Both the position numbers and the translations under genes were made by a program. 64,000 nucleotides of DNA from Candidatus Poseidoniia archaeon (GTDB lineage: Archaea; Thermoplasmatota; Poseidoniia; MGIII; CG-Epi1). The DNA lies in contig JASLZX010000002.1 of the NCBI GenBank assembly GCA_030754655.1, forward strand, positions 29,633 to 93,632. The letters run 5' to 3'. The first letter of the stretch is position 1, and each line of letters begins with the position of its first letter. Below the pieces are notes generated by a model. It had not been told where the DNA came from and did not search any database. It saw only the letters and a list, made by a program, of their open reading frames with translations. Shown here piece after piece: positions 54,833 through 63,961 of this stretch.

Positions 54833-55567
54833 TTAACCCTTGCGGCGCCAGCGACCTTCGCGACGGTCGCCCTCGCCACTGCGCCGCGCCAGCCGCCGCC
54901 GCGCCTCGTCGCTGCGTTCAGCACTGGTGCGCAGCCGTCGCTGGCTCTCGCCGCGGCGGCCACGTCCGGCTCCCTTCCAGCGGCAGGTGACGCGCTTCAG
55001 GTCCCACGCGGCCGCCTTTGTGACGCGGCGTCCGCCGTGCAGGTGCAGCGCATCAATGACCGCGGCACGGCCGTCGAGCTGCATCACCATCTCGACCGCA
55101 AGTTCGGTCTCGGGCGGCAACTCCTGCTTGAGCGACAGCGTCTCACGGCCTGTATGCACCGCGAAGCGCACGCGGACGGTCGTGACCAGCCGTGCCCAGA
55201 CGATCGGCTGCGCGCGCGCTTCGGTCTGCTCGACGCGCCGCGTGCTGGCAGTGCCCCGGCGGGCGCCCAGCTCCAGAGCGGTAACTTCCAGTTGGCCACG
55301 GGCGTGCGACAGCAGCTCGCCGACCTGCAACCGGTCGCCCGGCTCGGCCAACAGCTTCTCGCGCACTGTCTCGCCGCCTGCGGAGAGCCGCAGCTCCAGC
55401 TCGAGCGGCGGCGCCTCCCGGATTTCGGCGTGGCGCGTCGCACCGCATTCGGCGCAGCGCACGGTGCCCTGGAAGTGGAAGCCGTGTTTCTGCGATGTCT
55501 GCGCCTTCAGTACGTCGTGCAGCGTCGGCTCCCCACAGCCCTCGCACTCTAGCTCGAGTTGCTGCAT
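54833..55567 (-). CDS. Archaeal zinc-finger protein (HVO_0476/COG1326-like) with an Arg-rich C-terminal tail
   Basis: The N-terminal CEGCGEPTLHDV...VRCAECGATRHAEI zinc ribbon and the following beta-rich region resemble the uncharacterised archaeal Zn-finger family. The last ~55 aa are R/G/E-rich. Confidence 0.65.
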   Translation of the reverse strand: MQQLELECEGCGEPTLHDVLKAQTSQKHGFHFQGTVRCAECGATRHAEIREAPPLELELRLSAGGETVREKLLAEPGDRLQVGELLSHARGQLEVTALELGARRGTASTRRVEQTEARAQPIVWARLVTTVRVRFAVHTGRETLSLKQELPPETELAVEMVMQLDGRAAVIDALHLHGGRRVTKAAAWDLKRVTCRWKGAGRGRRGESQRRLRTSAERSDEARRRLARRSGEGDRREGRWRRKG

Positions 55568-57117
55568 CAGTGGCGGAAGTGGCGCATGCCGGTTAGCACC
55601 AGCACCACCCCCTGCTCGTTGGCCGCCGCGATTACTTCGTCGTCGCGTATCGAGCCGCCCGACTGGATGATTGCAGTAACCCCGGCCGCCGCGGCCAGGT
55701 CGACGCCGTCGCGGAACGGGAAGAAGGCGTCCGACGCCATCACGCTGCCGCGCGCCGCATCGCCCGCCTTTTCAATGGCGATGCGGACCGAATCGACGCG
55801 TGACATCTGCCCGGCGCCGACACCAGTGATGCGGCTGTCGCGCGCCAGAACGATGGCGTTGCTACGAACATGCCGCACGACGCGCCAGCCGAAGCGCAGC
55901 GCTTTCCACTCGGCGGAAGTCGGCACGCGGTCGCTGGCGACATTTATATCTGCATCGTCGAGAGTTTTCGTATCGCCTTCCTGCAGCAGCCAGCCGCCAG
56001 TGACCGACCGCAGTTGCGCCGCGGGGCGGTAATCATCCAGCGGTCCGGTCGCGAGCAGCCGCAAGTTCGACTTCGCCTCTAGCATCTCACGCGCCGCGTC
56101 GCTGAACGCCGGCGCGATGACGCATTCCTTGAACGAGCTGGTGATGGCGGCCGCGGTTTCCGCGTCGACTTCGCGGTTCAGCCCGATGACGCCGCCGAAG
56201 GCCGAGATGGGGTCGCCCGCCAGCGCCGCCTTGTAGGTGGCCGCCAGCTCCGGGCCGGTCGCGGCGCCGCAGGGGTTGCCGTGCTTGACGACCGCGGTCG
56301 CCGGTTCCGGGAAGTCGGCGGCAATCGCAAGCGCCGCGTCAAGGTCGAGCAGGTTGTTGTAGCTCAGCTCCTTGCCTTGCAGCTGCTCGGCGGTCGCGAG
56401 CCCCGGCCCGGCCGCCAGAGGGTCGGCGTAGAACGCCGCCTGTTGGTGCGGATTTTCGCCGTAGCGCGGTCGCAGCGCCAGCTCGCCGGCGACGTGCAGC
56501 GATTCCGGCAATGCGGCCTCGCCGAAGCGGTCGCCGAGCGTGCGCTGGATGAGCGCGTCGTAGGCGGCGGTGTGGCGGAATGCCTTCAGCGCCAGTGCCT
56601 GCCGTTCCGTCTCGGGCAGCCCGTCGCCCGCCAGCGCTCCGGCCACGCGGCCGTAGTCGGCCGGGTCGACCAGCACCGTGACGCGAGCGTGGCTCTTCGC
56701 GGCGGCACGGATTAGCGACGGGCCGCCGATGTCGATTTGTTCAATCAACTCCGGTAGCGGCGCGTCGCGACGCGCCGCTGCGGCGAACGGGTAGAGATTG
56801 ACGGCGACGATGCCGAAGAGCGGCGCCTCGTGCTCTGCCGCTTCGGCGAAGTCCTGCTCACGCGCCAGGATTCCGCCGAAGATACGCGGGTGGAGCGTCT
56901 TGACGCGGCCACCCATCATCTCGGGGAAGCCGGTGATTTCGGAAACGGGCGTCACCGTCAGGCCACCCTCGCGCAGCGCGGTGGCGGTACCACCGCTAGT
57001 GACCAGTTCCCAGCCCGCTTCCGCGAGCGCGACGGCGAACTCGACCAGCCCGGTCTTGTCGCTGACGCTCAGCAGCGCGCGTTGCGTTGTCGCCTTGCGG
57101 GATTTACTGCTGCTCAT
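55567..57117 (-). CDS. purH: Bifunctional AICAR transformylase / IMP cyclohydrolase
   Basis: RALLSVSDKTGLVEFA...TSGGTA...GGRVKTLHP...VVNLYPF...KHGNPCGAA...SDAFFPFRDG. Confidence 0.95.
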   Translation of the reverse strand: MSSSKSRKATTQRALLSVSDKTGLVEFAVALAEAGWELVTSGGTATALREGGLTVTPVSEITGFPEMMGGRVKTLHPRIFGGILAREQDFAEAAEHEAPLFGIVAVNLYPFAAAARRDAPLPELIEQIDIGGPSLIRAAAKSHARVTVLVDPADYGRVAGALAGDGLPETERQALALKAFRHTAAYDALIQRTLGDRFGEAALPESLHVAGELALRPRYGENPHQQAAFYADPLAAGPGLATAEQLQGKELSYNNLLDLDAALAIAADFPEPATAVVKHGNPCGAATGPELAATYKAALAGDPISAFGGVIGLNREVDAETAAAITSSFKECVIAPAFSDAAREMLEAKSNLRLLATGPLDDYRPAAQLRSVTGGWLLQEGDTKTLDDADINVASDRVPTSAEWKALRFGWRVVRHVRSNAIVLARDSRITGVGAGQMSRVDSVRIAIEKAGDAARGSVMASDAFFPFRDGVDLAAAAGVTAIIQSGGSIRDDEVIAAANEQGVVLVLTGMRHFRH

Positions 57118-57151
57118 CGGGGGTCGCCTCGCGTCGCAAGTCGCGTCCGGT

Positions 57152-57820
57152 TTAAGCGCTGTCGGGGAGCTTGCGCAGGCAGCTTGCCAGCACTTCGCTG
57201 GTGACGTAGACCGTCGTGCCCGCCTTCATGATGGGCTTTCCGGCTTCCTCGGCGGCGCGCACGTCGACCAGCAATACGACCGGCTTGCCGATGATGTGGC
57301 GGCCCGCCTCGAGCGCGTTGAGTCGCGTCCCCGAAAGGTGAACCATCTGCCGGTCGAGCGGGTAGAGTCCCTGCTCGAGATATTCCTCGGAATCCTCCTG
57401 CGAGCAGGCGAAGTAGAGATGCTCGGGCACGCCGTCGGTCGGTAGGTCAAGGTCAAGCTCGATTGAGTGGGCGTAAGTGGCGCGGAGCCGTCCGCCCTCG
57501 AGCTGGTAGCGTCCTTTCGGGTCGGTCTCGACGACTGCCCGGAGGTGGGTCATCGTGAGCGAGCCGAGGTTCTGTCGCTTGAACTTCACCGACGTGATGA
57601 ATTCTTCCGCGTCAACCCAGCCCTGCTGGTCCATATCCAGCTCGAAGCGGTCGGGGAAATGACGCAGCACGCCCGCCATAATGCGGCCGAACTGGTCGAG
57701 GTTGCGGGGCGAAAGCACAAGCTCGCCCTCCTCGCTGCAATACTGGCATTTTTCGCCGCGATAATAGCCGTGCTGGTTCTTGGTGCACTCCTTGAGTGGC
57801 TCGTCCGGTTGCCGTCGCAT
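57152..57820 (-). CDS. kptA: RNA 2'-phosphotransferase (Tpt1/KptA) with an N-terminal Cys/His knuckle
   Basis: GRIMAGVLRHFPDRFELDMDQQGWV...DPKGRYQLEGGRLRATYAHSI...VHLS. The N-terminal CTKNQHGYYRGEKCQYC also occurs in other euryarchaeal KptA proteins. Confidence 0.88.
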   Translation of the reverse strand: MRRQPDEPLKECTKNQHGYYRGEKCQYCSEEGELVLSPRNLDQFGRIMAGVLRHFPDRFELDMDQQGWVDAEEFITSVKFKRQNLGSLTMTHLRAVVETDPKGRYQLEGGRLRATYAHSIELDLDLPTDGVPEHLYFACSQEDSEEYLEQGLYPLDRQMVHLSGTRLNALEAGRHIIGKPVVLLVDVRAAEEAGKPIMKAGTTVYVTSEVLASCLRKLPDSA

Positions 57821-57877
57821 GGCGGCCGCACCCAGCGGGGTGATTAAGCAGTTACGTCCAGCCGCGACAGAGGTCGC

Positions 57878-60157
57878 TTACGGCTCCCACTTGCGCTCGA
57901 TGGCGTCGCGGATGGCGGCCGCCTTGAGCGCGCCGATGCCCTCCACTGCACGCAGCACCTCCGCGTCCGCGGCGAAGACCGCAGCCACCGACCGGAAGTG
58001 GTGCAGCAGCCGTTGCGCCAGCACCGCGCTAACGCCGGGGAGCCCCTCGAGAATGTGCCGCTGCTGCTCCTCGGGTGAGAGCTCCCCGGCGGCAGGGCGC
58101 AGCTGCGCCGGCCCCGGTTCGCGGCGCGACCGCTCGAGCAGGGCCATCAGCAGGTCGGCCGTCTCGGCGGTGTCGGCCGACGGCAGGATGGGGACGCCGA
58201 AGTCGCCGGTGATGGCGGCGAGCGCGCCGCGAATCGCCTTCGGCTCGACGCGGCGCGCAGTATACAGGTCGTCGCCCTCGAGAATCAGCAGCGGCCGGCG
58301 AAACTGCTGTTTCAAGGCCTTGACTTGCCGGAAAAGCGAGCCGTCGAGCATCGAGCCGACGAAGTCCACGCCGGTCTTGCGCTCGACGCCCACACGGCCG
58401 TCAATCAGGTAATCGCCTACGGGCAGTTGCGTCGGCGCGACCGTGACCCCGCGCTGCGCCAGCTCGCGCGCGACCCCCGACGGGAACTCGCGGTGGTCAA
58501 CTTGCAACCGCACTTCTTCCGCTGCCGGATCTGCCGTCGCGTCGCTTTGCGGGGGCGCCCGCGGTGCATCTCCCAGCCGCGTTTGCCCGCGCGCTACCGG
58601 CGGCGCGTCCCCGCCGGGCGACCTGCCGCCAAGCTCGGCGCGCGATGGCAGCTCGATTTCCATGCGGCTGCTACCGAAGAGCGACTGCATCTGCATTTCC
58701 TTGCTGCGGCTGCTCCAGTAGGCCGCCTCATCGCGGGTGTCGGTGGTAATCAGCACGTAGACCTTGCCGGGCCGGTCGCGGCCGGTGCGCCCGCGGCGCT
58801 GGATGAGCCGGATGGCCGACGGCACCGGCTCGTAGAAAATAACTGCCTCGGTGGCGGGAATATCGAGCCCCTCCTCGCCGACCGACGTCGCCACCAGTAT
58901 GTTGTAATCGCCGGCGCGGAACTGCTCTAGCGTCGCCTTTTGGACCTTCTGTGTCATCCCCGGGTCGCCCTCGCGCGACCCCTGCCCGACGAAGCGTACC
59001 GGCCGCGCCGCCGGCAGCTTCGAGAGCCGCTCGACCATCAGGCTGGCGGTGTTGCGAATCTCTGCGAAGACGATGATGCGCTCCGTGCCCGCCGCTAGCT
59101 CCTGCGCGACCAGCTCGTCGAGCCGCTCCAGTTTGGGGTGCTCGTCGCTGCTGCGGGCGGCGTCGATGACCGCTTGCTTCCACTCGGGCTTCTGCAGCAA
59201 CCATTTCGTGGCGCGGCTCTTCGAGCTCTTGCGCATCCGCGCCGCGTAGTCGAGAAACTGTGTTGGCCCCTGCGTCTCGACCGTCAGCAGTGCGTGCGCC
59301 ACCTTGAGCGCCATCGCCTGCACCGAGAGCAGGTTGTAGACCTGCCGCGGCACGTCCCGGCCGGCCGCACGCAGCCGCGCCTGCAACTTGCGCCCCGCCT
59401 CGAGCAGCATCGTCGTCGAAACTTTGCGCGGGCGCGTGAGCAGTCCCGCTAGGTGCAGCTGTCCGCAGAGCCGGTCCTGCAGCTTCCGCAAGTCCTTGCG
59501 AATCTGCGCCGCGGAAGCCGGCAGTGGAACCTTCACCCAGCGCGTCTGGACCGGCTGGATGTAGGGCGCGACGTCGGGGTCCCCGTCGTCGCGCTTCTCG
59601 ATAGCGGTGATGCGCAGGTTGGTGCACACTTCGACCACCGCGGCGCGGGTCGAGCCGGGCGATGCGGTCATCCCCAGCACCAGCGGTTGCCGTGCCGTCT
59701 CGTCGTAGCGCTCGGCGATGAAGACGTAGGCGTAGTTGCCGACAGCACGGTGCGCCTCGTCGAAGACCACCAGCGCGAAGTCGGCCAACTTCACCGCGCC
59801 GCGAATCAGGTCCTTCTCGACCACCTGCGGCGTCGCCACTACCACCTGCGCAGCCTGCCAGAGCGGCTCGCGTTTGGCGGGTGAAATCGAGCCGGTCAGC
59901 AGCTCGACTCGCACGTCCAGGCTCCGGGCAAGGAAATCGGCGTGCTGCTCCGCCAGCGGGCGCGTCGGCGCCATCATCAGTACCCGCCCCATTTCGAGCC
60001 GTTCGAGCATCACCTGTAGCGCAATCACTGTTTTGCCGAGCCCGGTCGGCAGCACTGCAAGAGTGGATTCGCGCAGGCAGGCGGCGGCGACGTTGCGCTG
60101 GTAGGTACGCTCCTCCAGCGGCGGCCCCTGTAGCAGTGGGTGGGCCAGCGACTTCAT
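57878..60157 (-). CDS. hef: Hef: ATP-dependent helicase (SF2) fused to an ERCC4/XPF nuclease and HhH2 domain
   Basis: Helicase motifs LPTGLGKT, VFDEAH and ATSVGEEGLDIP...QRRGRTGR. Nuclease block VDHREF...GVERKT..DF. C-terminal HhH LEGLPGVSAVLAQRLL...VEGIG. Confidence 0.92.
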   Translation of the reverse strand: MKSLAHPLLQGPPLEERTYQRNVAAACLRESTLAVLPTGLGKTVIALQVMLERLEMGRVLMMAPTRPLAEQHADFLARSLDVRVELLTGSISPAKREPLWQAAQVVVATPQVVEKDLIRGAVKLADFALVVFDEAHRAVGNYAYVFIAERYDETARQPLVLGMTASPGSTRAAVVEVCTNLRITAIEKRDDGDPDVAPYIQPVQTRWVKVPLPASAAQIRKDLRKLQDRLCGQLHLAGLLTRPRKVSTTMLLEAGRKLQARLRAAGRDVPRQVYNLLSVQAMALKVAHALLTVETQGPTQFLDYAARMRKSSKSRATKWLLQKPEWKQAVIDAARSSDEHPKLERLDELVAQELAAGTERIIVFAEIRNTASLMVERLSKLPAARPVRFVGQGSREGDPGMTQKVQKATLEQFRAGDYNILVATSVGEEGLDIPATEAVIFYEPVPSAIRLIQRRGRTGRDRPGKVYVLITTDTRDEAAYWSSRSKEMQMQSLFGSSRMEIELPSRAELGGRSPGGDAPPVARGQTRLGDAPRAPPQSDATADPAAEEVRLQVDHREFPSGVARELAQRGVTVAPTQLPVGDYLIDGRVGVERKTGVDFVGSMLDGSLFRQVKALKQQFRRPLLILEGDDLYTARRVEPKAIRGALAAITGDFGVPILPSADTAETADLLMALLERSRREPGPAQLRPAAGELSPEEQQRHILEGLPGVSAVLAQRLLHHFRSVAAVFAADAEVLRAVEGIGALKAAAIRDAIERKWEP

Positions 60158-61155
60158 GCCTGGCGGCCGAGCCAGCCCCGACGCCAGAAGTAGTAGAGCA
60201 TCCCGCCCGCAAAAGCGCCCATCAGTCCTAGGATGAGCCAGAAGCCGTTGCCCTGCGCCAGTGGCAATTGGTCGGTGTTCATCCCAAAGATGCCGGCAAT
60301 CAGCGTCAGCGGCAGCATGATGGTGGCGATGATTGTCAGCGTCGTCATCACCTCGGTCAGCTGCGCGTTCGACTCGCCGAGCCGCATCGAGACCTGCGAC
60401 AGGTAGGCGTCGCGGGTCGACGAAACCCCGGTGGAGTAGTTCTCGACGCGGTTCACCAGCCCGTGAATCACGTCGGCCAGGTCGCGGAAGTATAGATAAT
60501 TGGGCTCGGAAATGAACTCCTCGTCGGGACGCAGTAGCCGCGCCACGGTCTCCTGCAGAGGCGTCACCGATTTCGACATTTCGCGCAGGTCCTGCTTCAT
60601 CTCATGCAGCGCCTCGAGCAGCCCGGGATACTTGGTCGCCGGGTCGAAGACGCGGTCCTCAAGATCGTCGAGCCGCTGGCTGTAGCCTTCGAGCACGTGC
60701 AGCCAGTCGTCGGCCACCGCGTCGAGCAGTTCGTAGAGCAGGAACTCGGGGCCGCGCTGTAGCCGACGCATGCGCCGGTGCGAACGGTAGCGCTCGCGGA
60801 AGCGGTTCATCGCGGGGAGCGCCGTATGGCGTACAGTCACCAGCAGGCTGCCAGTCAGAAACGCCAGTAGGTATTCCGTATCGAGCTCCGAGTCGGCGTC
60901 GCGGGCGCGCAGCACGACGAAGCGGTGGTCCTCGTAGTGCTCGGCGCGATCGACCGGGTCGGCGAAGCAGTCCTCGACCGCCAGTGGGTGGAACCCCATC
61001 GTCTCGAGCAGGAATCCCTTCTCGGCGTCGCCGGGTTGCAGGATGTCGAGCCAACCGCTCTGCACTCCCTCAAGCTCGGCCGCCAGTTCGTCAAGCGGGA
61101 GCGTCTGCTCGCCAGCCTTGCCGCTGGCCGCTGTCAGGAGCCGGATGGTTGACAC
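60154..61155 (-). CDS. corA: Magnesium/cobalt transporter CorA
   Basis: Two C-terminal TM helices with the GMN signature (IAGIFGMNT). The stop overlaps the hef ATG (ATGA). Confidence 0.92.
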   Translation of the reverse strand: MSTIRLLTAASGKAGEQTLPLDELAAELEGVQSGWLDILQPGDAEKGFLLETMGFHPLAVEDCFADPVDRAEHYEDHRFVVLRARDADSELDTEYLLAFLTGSLLVTVRHTALPAMNRFRERYRSHRRMRRLQRGPEFLLYELLDAVADDWLHVLEGYSQRLDDLEDRVFDPATKYPGLLEALHEMKQDLREMSKSVTPLQETVARLLRPDEEFISEPNYLYFRDLADVIHGLVNRVENYSTGVSSTRDAYLSQVSMRLGESNAQLTEVMTTLTIIATIMLPLTLIAGIFGMNTDQLPLAQGNGFWLILGLMGAFAGGMLYYFWRRGWLGRQA

Positions 61156-61177
61156 GCTGGTGCGACCTGCTTCACCG

Positions 61178-61693
61178 TTAAACCGTTATCGCCCCGGCGC
61201 GCCCGTTACCGTCGATGTGGAACAGCGGCTCGTGCAGCGCGCCGCCCCGCCGCAGCGTCGATCTGAACAGCGTCACGCGCGTGACGCTCCCGGAGCCGCA
61301 GTTGGCGTCGCTGTGGCGCTGCACCAGTCCGCGCAGGTCGCGCGGCGGCCTGAAGCGCGCCAGCGTGACGTGGCCGACGAAGGGGCGATCCTGTGAAGCG
61401 GTTGCTCCACGGAGTGCCTGCGCCAGCTCCGCCAGCCCTGTGCCGCGGACGCCTACCCACGCCACGTGCGCCGCCCGGGGCGAGTGGAACGCATCGAGCC
61501 CGCGATATTCCAGCGCAAGCGGCAGCCGGCCGGTGCAGGCGGGCGCTGCCGCTTTCACGACAGCGGCGGCGTCAGACCGCTCGCCCAGGAACGCCAGCGT
61601 GACGTGATAGCTGCCGGCCGGCTGCGCCCCCAGCTCGCGCTCCAGCGGCCGCGCGTCGAAGCCGGGGCATTCCAGTGCTAGGAAGAGTCGCAC
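61178..61693 (-). CDS. thpR: RNA 2',3'-cyclic phosphodiesterase (2H family, ThpR/LigT)
   Basis: Two H-x-T-x motifs (YHVTLAFLG and GHVTLARF), with a length of 171 aa. Confidence 0.85.
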   Translation of the reverse strand: MRLFLALECPGFDARPLERELGAQPAGSYHVTLAFLGERSDAAAVVKAAAPACTGRLPLALEYRGLDAFHSPRAAHVAWVGVRGTGLAELAQALRGATASQDRPFVGHVTLARFRPPRDLRGLVQRHSDANCGSGSVTRVTLFRSTLRRGGALHEPLFHIDGNGRAGAITV

Positions 61694-61714
61694 GCCGGGG
61701 AATGGCCGTGCGGT

Positions 61715-63961
61715 TTAGCCTTTCTTTAACTGCTCTTGCAGCGCGTTAATCAGCGCGCTGGCGGTGCCCTCGCGGCCACCGGTGAGCGTTGCAAAGCTCT
61801 CGGCGCCGATGAGCGCGCACGTCGTCGCTTCGTCGAGCTTGGCGCGCCCCGCAAGGCGCTTGATGAAGCCGACCTGCTTTGGCGAAGCTGCGCGCGGCTG
61901 GCCCGCAGTGCGCTCCTGCAGAGCGTTAATCAGCGCGCTGGCGCTCCCCTCGCGGCCGCCGGTCAGCGCTGCGTAGCTCTCGGCGTCAACGAGCGCGCAC
62001 GCCGCCGACTCGTCGAGCTTGGCGCGTTCCGTCAGGCGCTTGATGAATCCGACCTGTTTCTCGGAGGCGGGAACGTCCATTCCTTCGGTCAGCGGCTGCA
62101 GCTGTTCGATGAGTGCGCCGACCGCCTCGCCGTCCAGCTCCTCGATATCCTTGCCCGCCAGCAGCGGCTCTGCCGCCTCGCCCGCCTGCTGCGTGAGCGA
62201 ACGCAGGTAGGCCAGCTGCCGCGGGGTTCCGCGCGACTTCTTGCTCTCGAGCGCGGCGGTGTGCAGCGCGCCGAAACGCTCGGCGAATTCGTGCCACGTC
62301 TGTGCCGCGGCGGCCTTGCCGCCTTCGACCTGGTCGAGCTGCACTTCCATTCCCGCTGTGAAAGCGGTCGAGAAAATTCCTTCGCTGGTGGTGCCGTAGC
62401 AAGGGGCGACCTGCTCCCACATCGTGCAGCCCGCGTCGGTCGCGTAAAGCCGCCCTTTTTCGTCGCGCGCATACTTGCGGTCGAGCAGCTTGCGGATGGT
62501 TTCGGCGTAGGTTGACGGGCGGCCGATTCCCTCCGCCTTCATCTTCGTCACCAGTCCGTGCTGCGTGTAGCGGCCGGGCGGCTTGGTAGCGTCCTCGACC
62601 AGCTCGCATCCGTCGAACGGTAACGTGTCGCCGACGGCAGCATCCGCCAGTGGTGACACCGGCGCTGCCGGCTTCAGCAGCCCGGCATACGCTGCTTCCC
62701 AGCCGGCGAAAGTGCGCCATTCGGTTTTCCCCGCGGCGGTCCAGCCGCCCGCCTCGCCCGCTAGCTTCAGCCGCTGCCATTGCGACGGCGACATCTGGCT
62801 GGCGGCGAAGCGCGCCCAGATGAGCGAGTAGAGCCGCGCTTGCTCCCGCTCGAGTCCCTGCGGCTCGCGCGCCTGCGGCCGCGTCGGCCGAATCGCTTCG
62901 TGGGCGTCCTGCACCCCCTTGCCGCCGTCACCGCCCCCGACGCCACGGCCGAGATGCGATGCGTCCCACTCGTGCTCGATGTAGGCGCGCACCTCCTTCC
63001 GCGCGTCAGCCGAAGTGCGGGTCGAGTCGGTCCGCATGTAGGTGATGTGTCCCGCCTCGTAGAGCTGCTGCGCCAGTCGCATCACGCGCGCCGGCCGCCA
63101 GCTCAAACGCTGGCCCGCGGCTGCGAGCAGCGTGTCGGTCGTAAATGGCGGCCGCGGCCGCTTCTGGAAGCCATCAACGCTAGCGGCGGTCAGCACCAAA
63201 GAACCGGCCGCTTCCATTGCGGTATAAGCCGATTCGGCATTCTTGCTGTCGCCGGTGCGGTCGCTCCGTTTCTTGCCCTTCGAGTCGCGCCAGTCATCGT
63301 CGAACTGCACGCGCAGTTCGACGCCGTCTGCAGTCAGGTGGACTTCCCAGTAGGGGATTGGCACGAACGCCTCGATTTCGCGCTCGCGCTCGACGACGAA
63401 GCCGAGCGTCGGCGTCTGCACGCGTCCCATCGAAGCGAGATTCCATGAGCGGCAGAAACGGGAGCCGCGGAAGCCAATCAGCCGGTCCATCAGCCGCCGA
63501 ATCATTGCCGCTTCCACGAGCCCGATATCGACGTCCCCCGCCTCCTCGAGTGCGGCGGCAATTGCCGTTTTCGTAATCTCGTTGAACGTCACCCGCTTCA
63601 CCGCACCCAGGCTACCGAGCAGCTCGGCCAGCCGCCAAGCAATGAACTCGCCCTCACGGTCGGGGTCAGTCGCAACCAGCACTTCGTTGACACCGCTCTT
63701 GCGACTGTCGGCGAGCAGTTTGCGGATGATGCTCTCCGCGCCCTTGGTGTAGCCCCATTCGGGCGCCGGCAGTTCGCCGTCGGCGGCAGCCCACATCGCT
63801 TTGCGCCCCTCCTTGCCCTCGTTCGGCAAATCTTGAACGTGGCCGCGGCAGGCGCGGACCAGGAAATCCTTGCCTAGATAGCGCTGGATGGTGCGCGCTT
63901 TGGCGCCCGATTCGACAACCAGCAGCCGGGTCACGCCGCCCCCGCGTTGCTCGCGGCTCAT
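61715..63961 (-). CDS. topA: DNA topoisomerase I (type IA, bacterial TopA-like) with a repeat-containing C-terminal domain
   Basis: Toprim LLVVESGAKARTIQRYLGKDF.V.AC.GHVQDLP and the catalytic region ITYMRTDS. Starts at ATG 63961 (MSREQRGGGV...). The C-terminal 171 aa contains three related ~60-aa units and no Cys4 zinc fingers. Confidence 0.94.
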   Translation of the reverse strand: MSREQRGGGVTRLLVVESGAKARTIQRYLGKDFLVRACRGHVQDLPNEGKEGRKAMWAAADGELPAPEWGYTKGAESIIRKLLADSRKSGVNEVLVATDPDREGEFIAWRLAELLGSLGAVKRVTFNEITKTAIAAALEEAGDVDIGLVEAAMIRRLMDRLIGFRGSRFCRSWNLASMGRVQTPTLGFVVEREREIEAFVPIPYWEVHLTADGVELRVQFDDDWRDSKGKKRSDRTGDSKNAESAYTAMEAAGSLVLTAASVDGFQKRPRPPFTTDTLLAAAGQRLSWRPARVMRLAQQLYEAGHITYMRTDSTRTSADARKEVRAYIEHEWDASHLGRGVGGGDGGKGVQDAHEAIRPTRPQAREPQGLEREQARLYSLIWARFAASQMSPSQWQRLKLAGEAGGWTAAGKTEWRTFAGWEAAYAGLLKPAAPVSPLADAAVGDTLPFDGCELVEDATKPPGRYTQHGLVTKMKAEGIGRPSTYAETIRKLLDRKYARDEKGRLYATDAGCTMWEQVAPCYGTTSEGIFSTAFTAGMEVQLDQVEGGKAAAAQTWHEFAERFGALHTAALESKKSRGTPRQLAYLRSLTQQAGEAAEPLLAGKDIEELDGEAVGALIEQLQPLTEGMDVPASEKQVGFIKRLTERAKLDESAACALVDAESYAALTGGREGSASALINALQERTAGQPRAASPKQVGFIKRLAGRAKLDEATTCALIGAESFATLTGGREGTASALINALQEQLKKG
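61733..62070. repeat. Tandem direct repeat, period 180 nt, inside the topA 3' end
   Basis: 61741-61860 aligns base-for-base with 61921-62040, with roughly 100 of 120 positions identical by eye (for example GTTAATCAGCGCGCTGGCG and CGTCGAGCTTGGCGCG are shared). Identity decays after about 150 nt. Confidence 0.85.

Noticed and set aside
58728-60212. A 494-aa alternative-frame ORF on the same strand as hef and corA.
   Set aside because: It is an extremely Arg/Ala/Gly-rich out-of-frame product of GC-rich coding sequence. Both hef and corA are supported by motifs in their own frames.
46136-63961. An uninterrupted run of about 25 minus-strand genes, which could be a super-operon or a replication-direction signal.
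   Set aside because: Several internal TATA-like boxes and a hairpin terminator show that it comprises multiple transcription units. Strand bias alone is not interpretable without the whole replicon.
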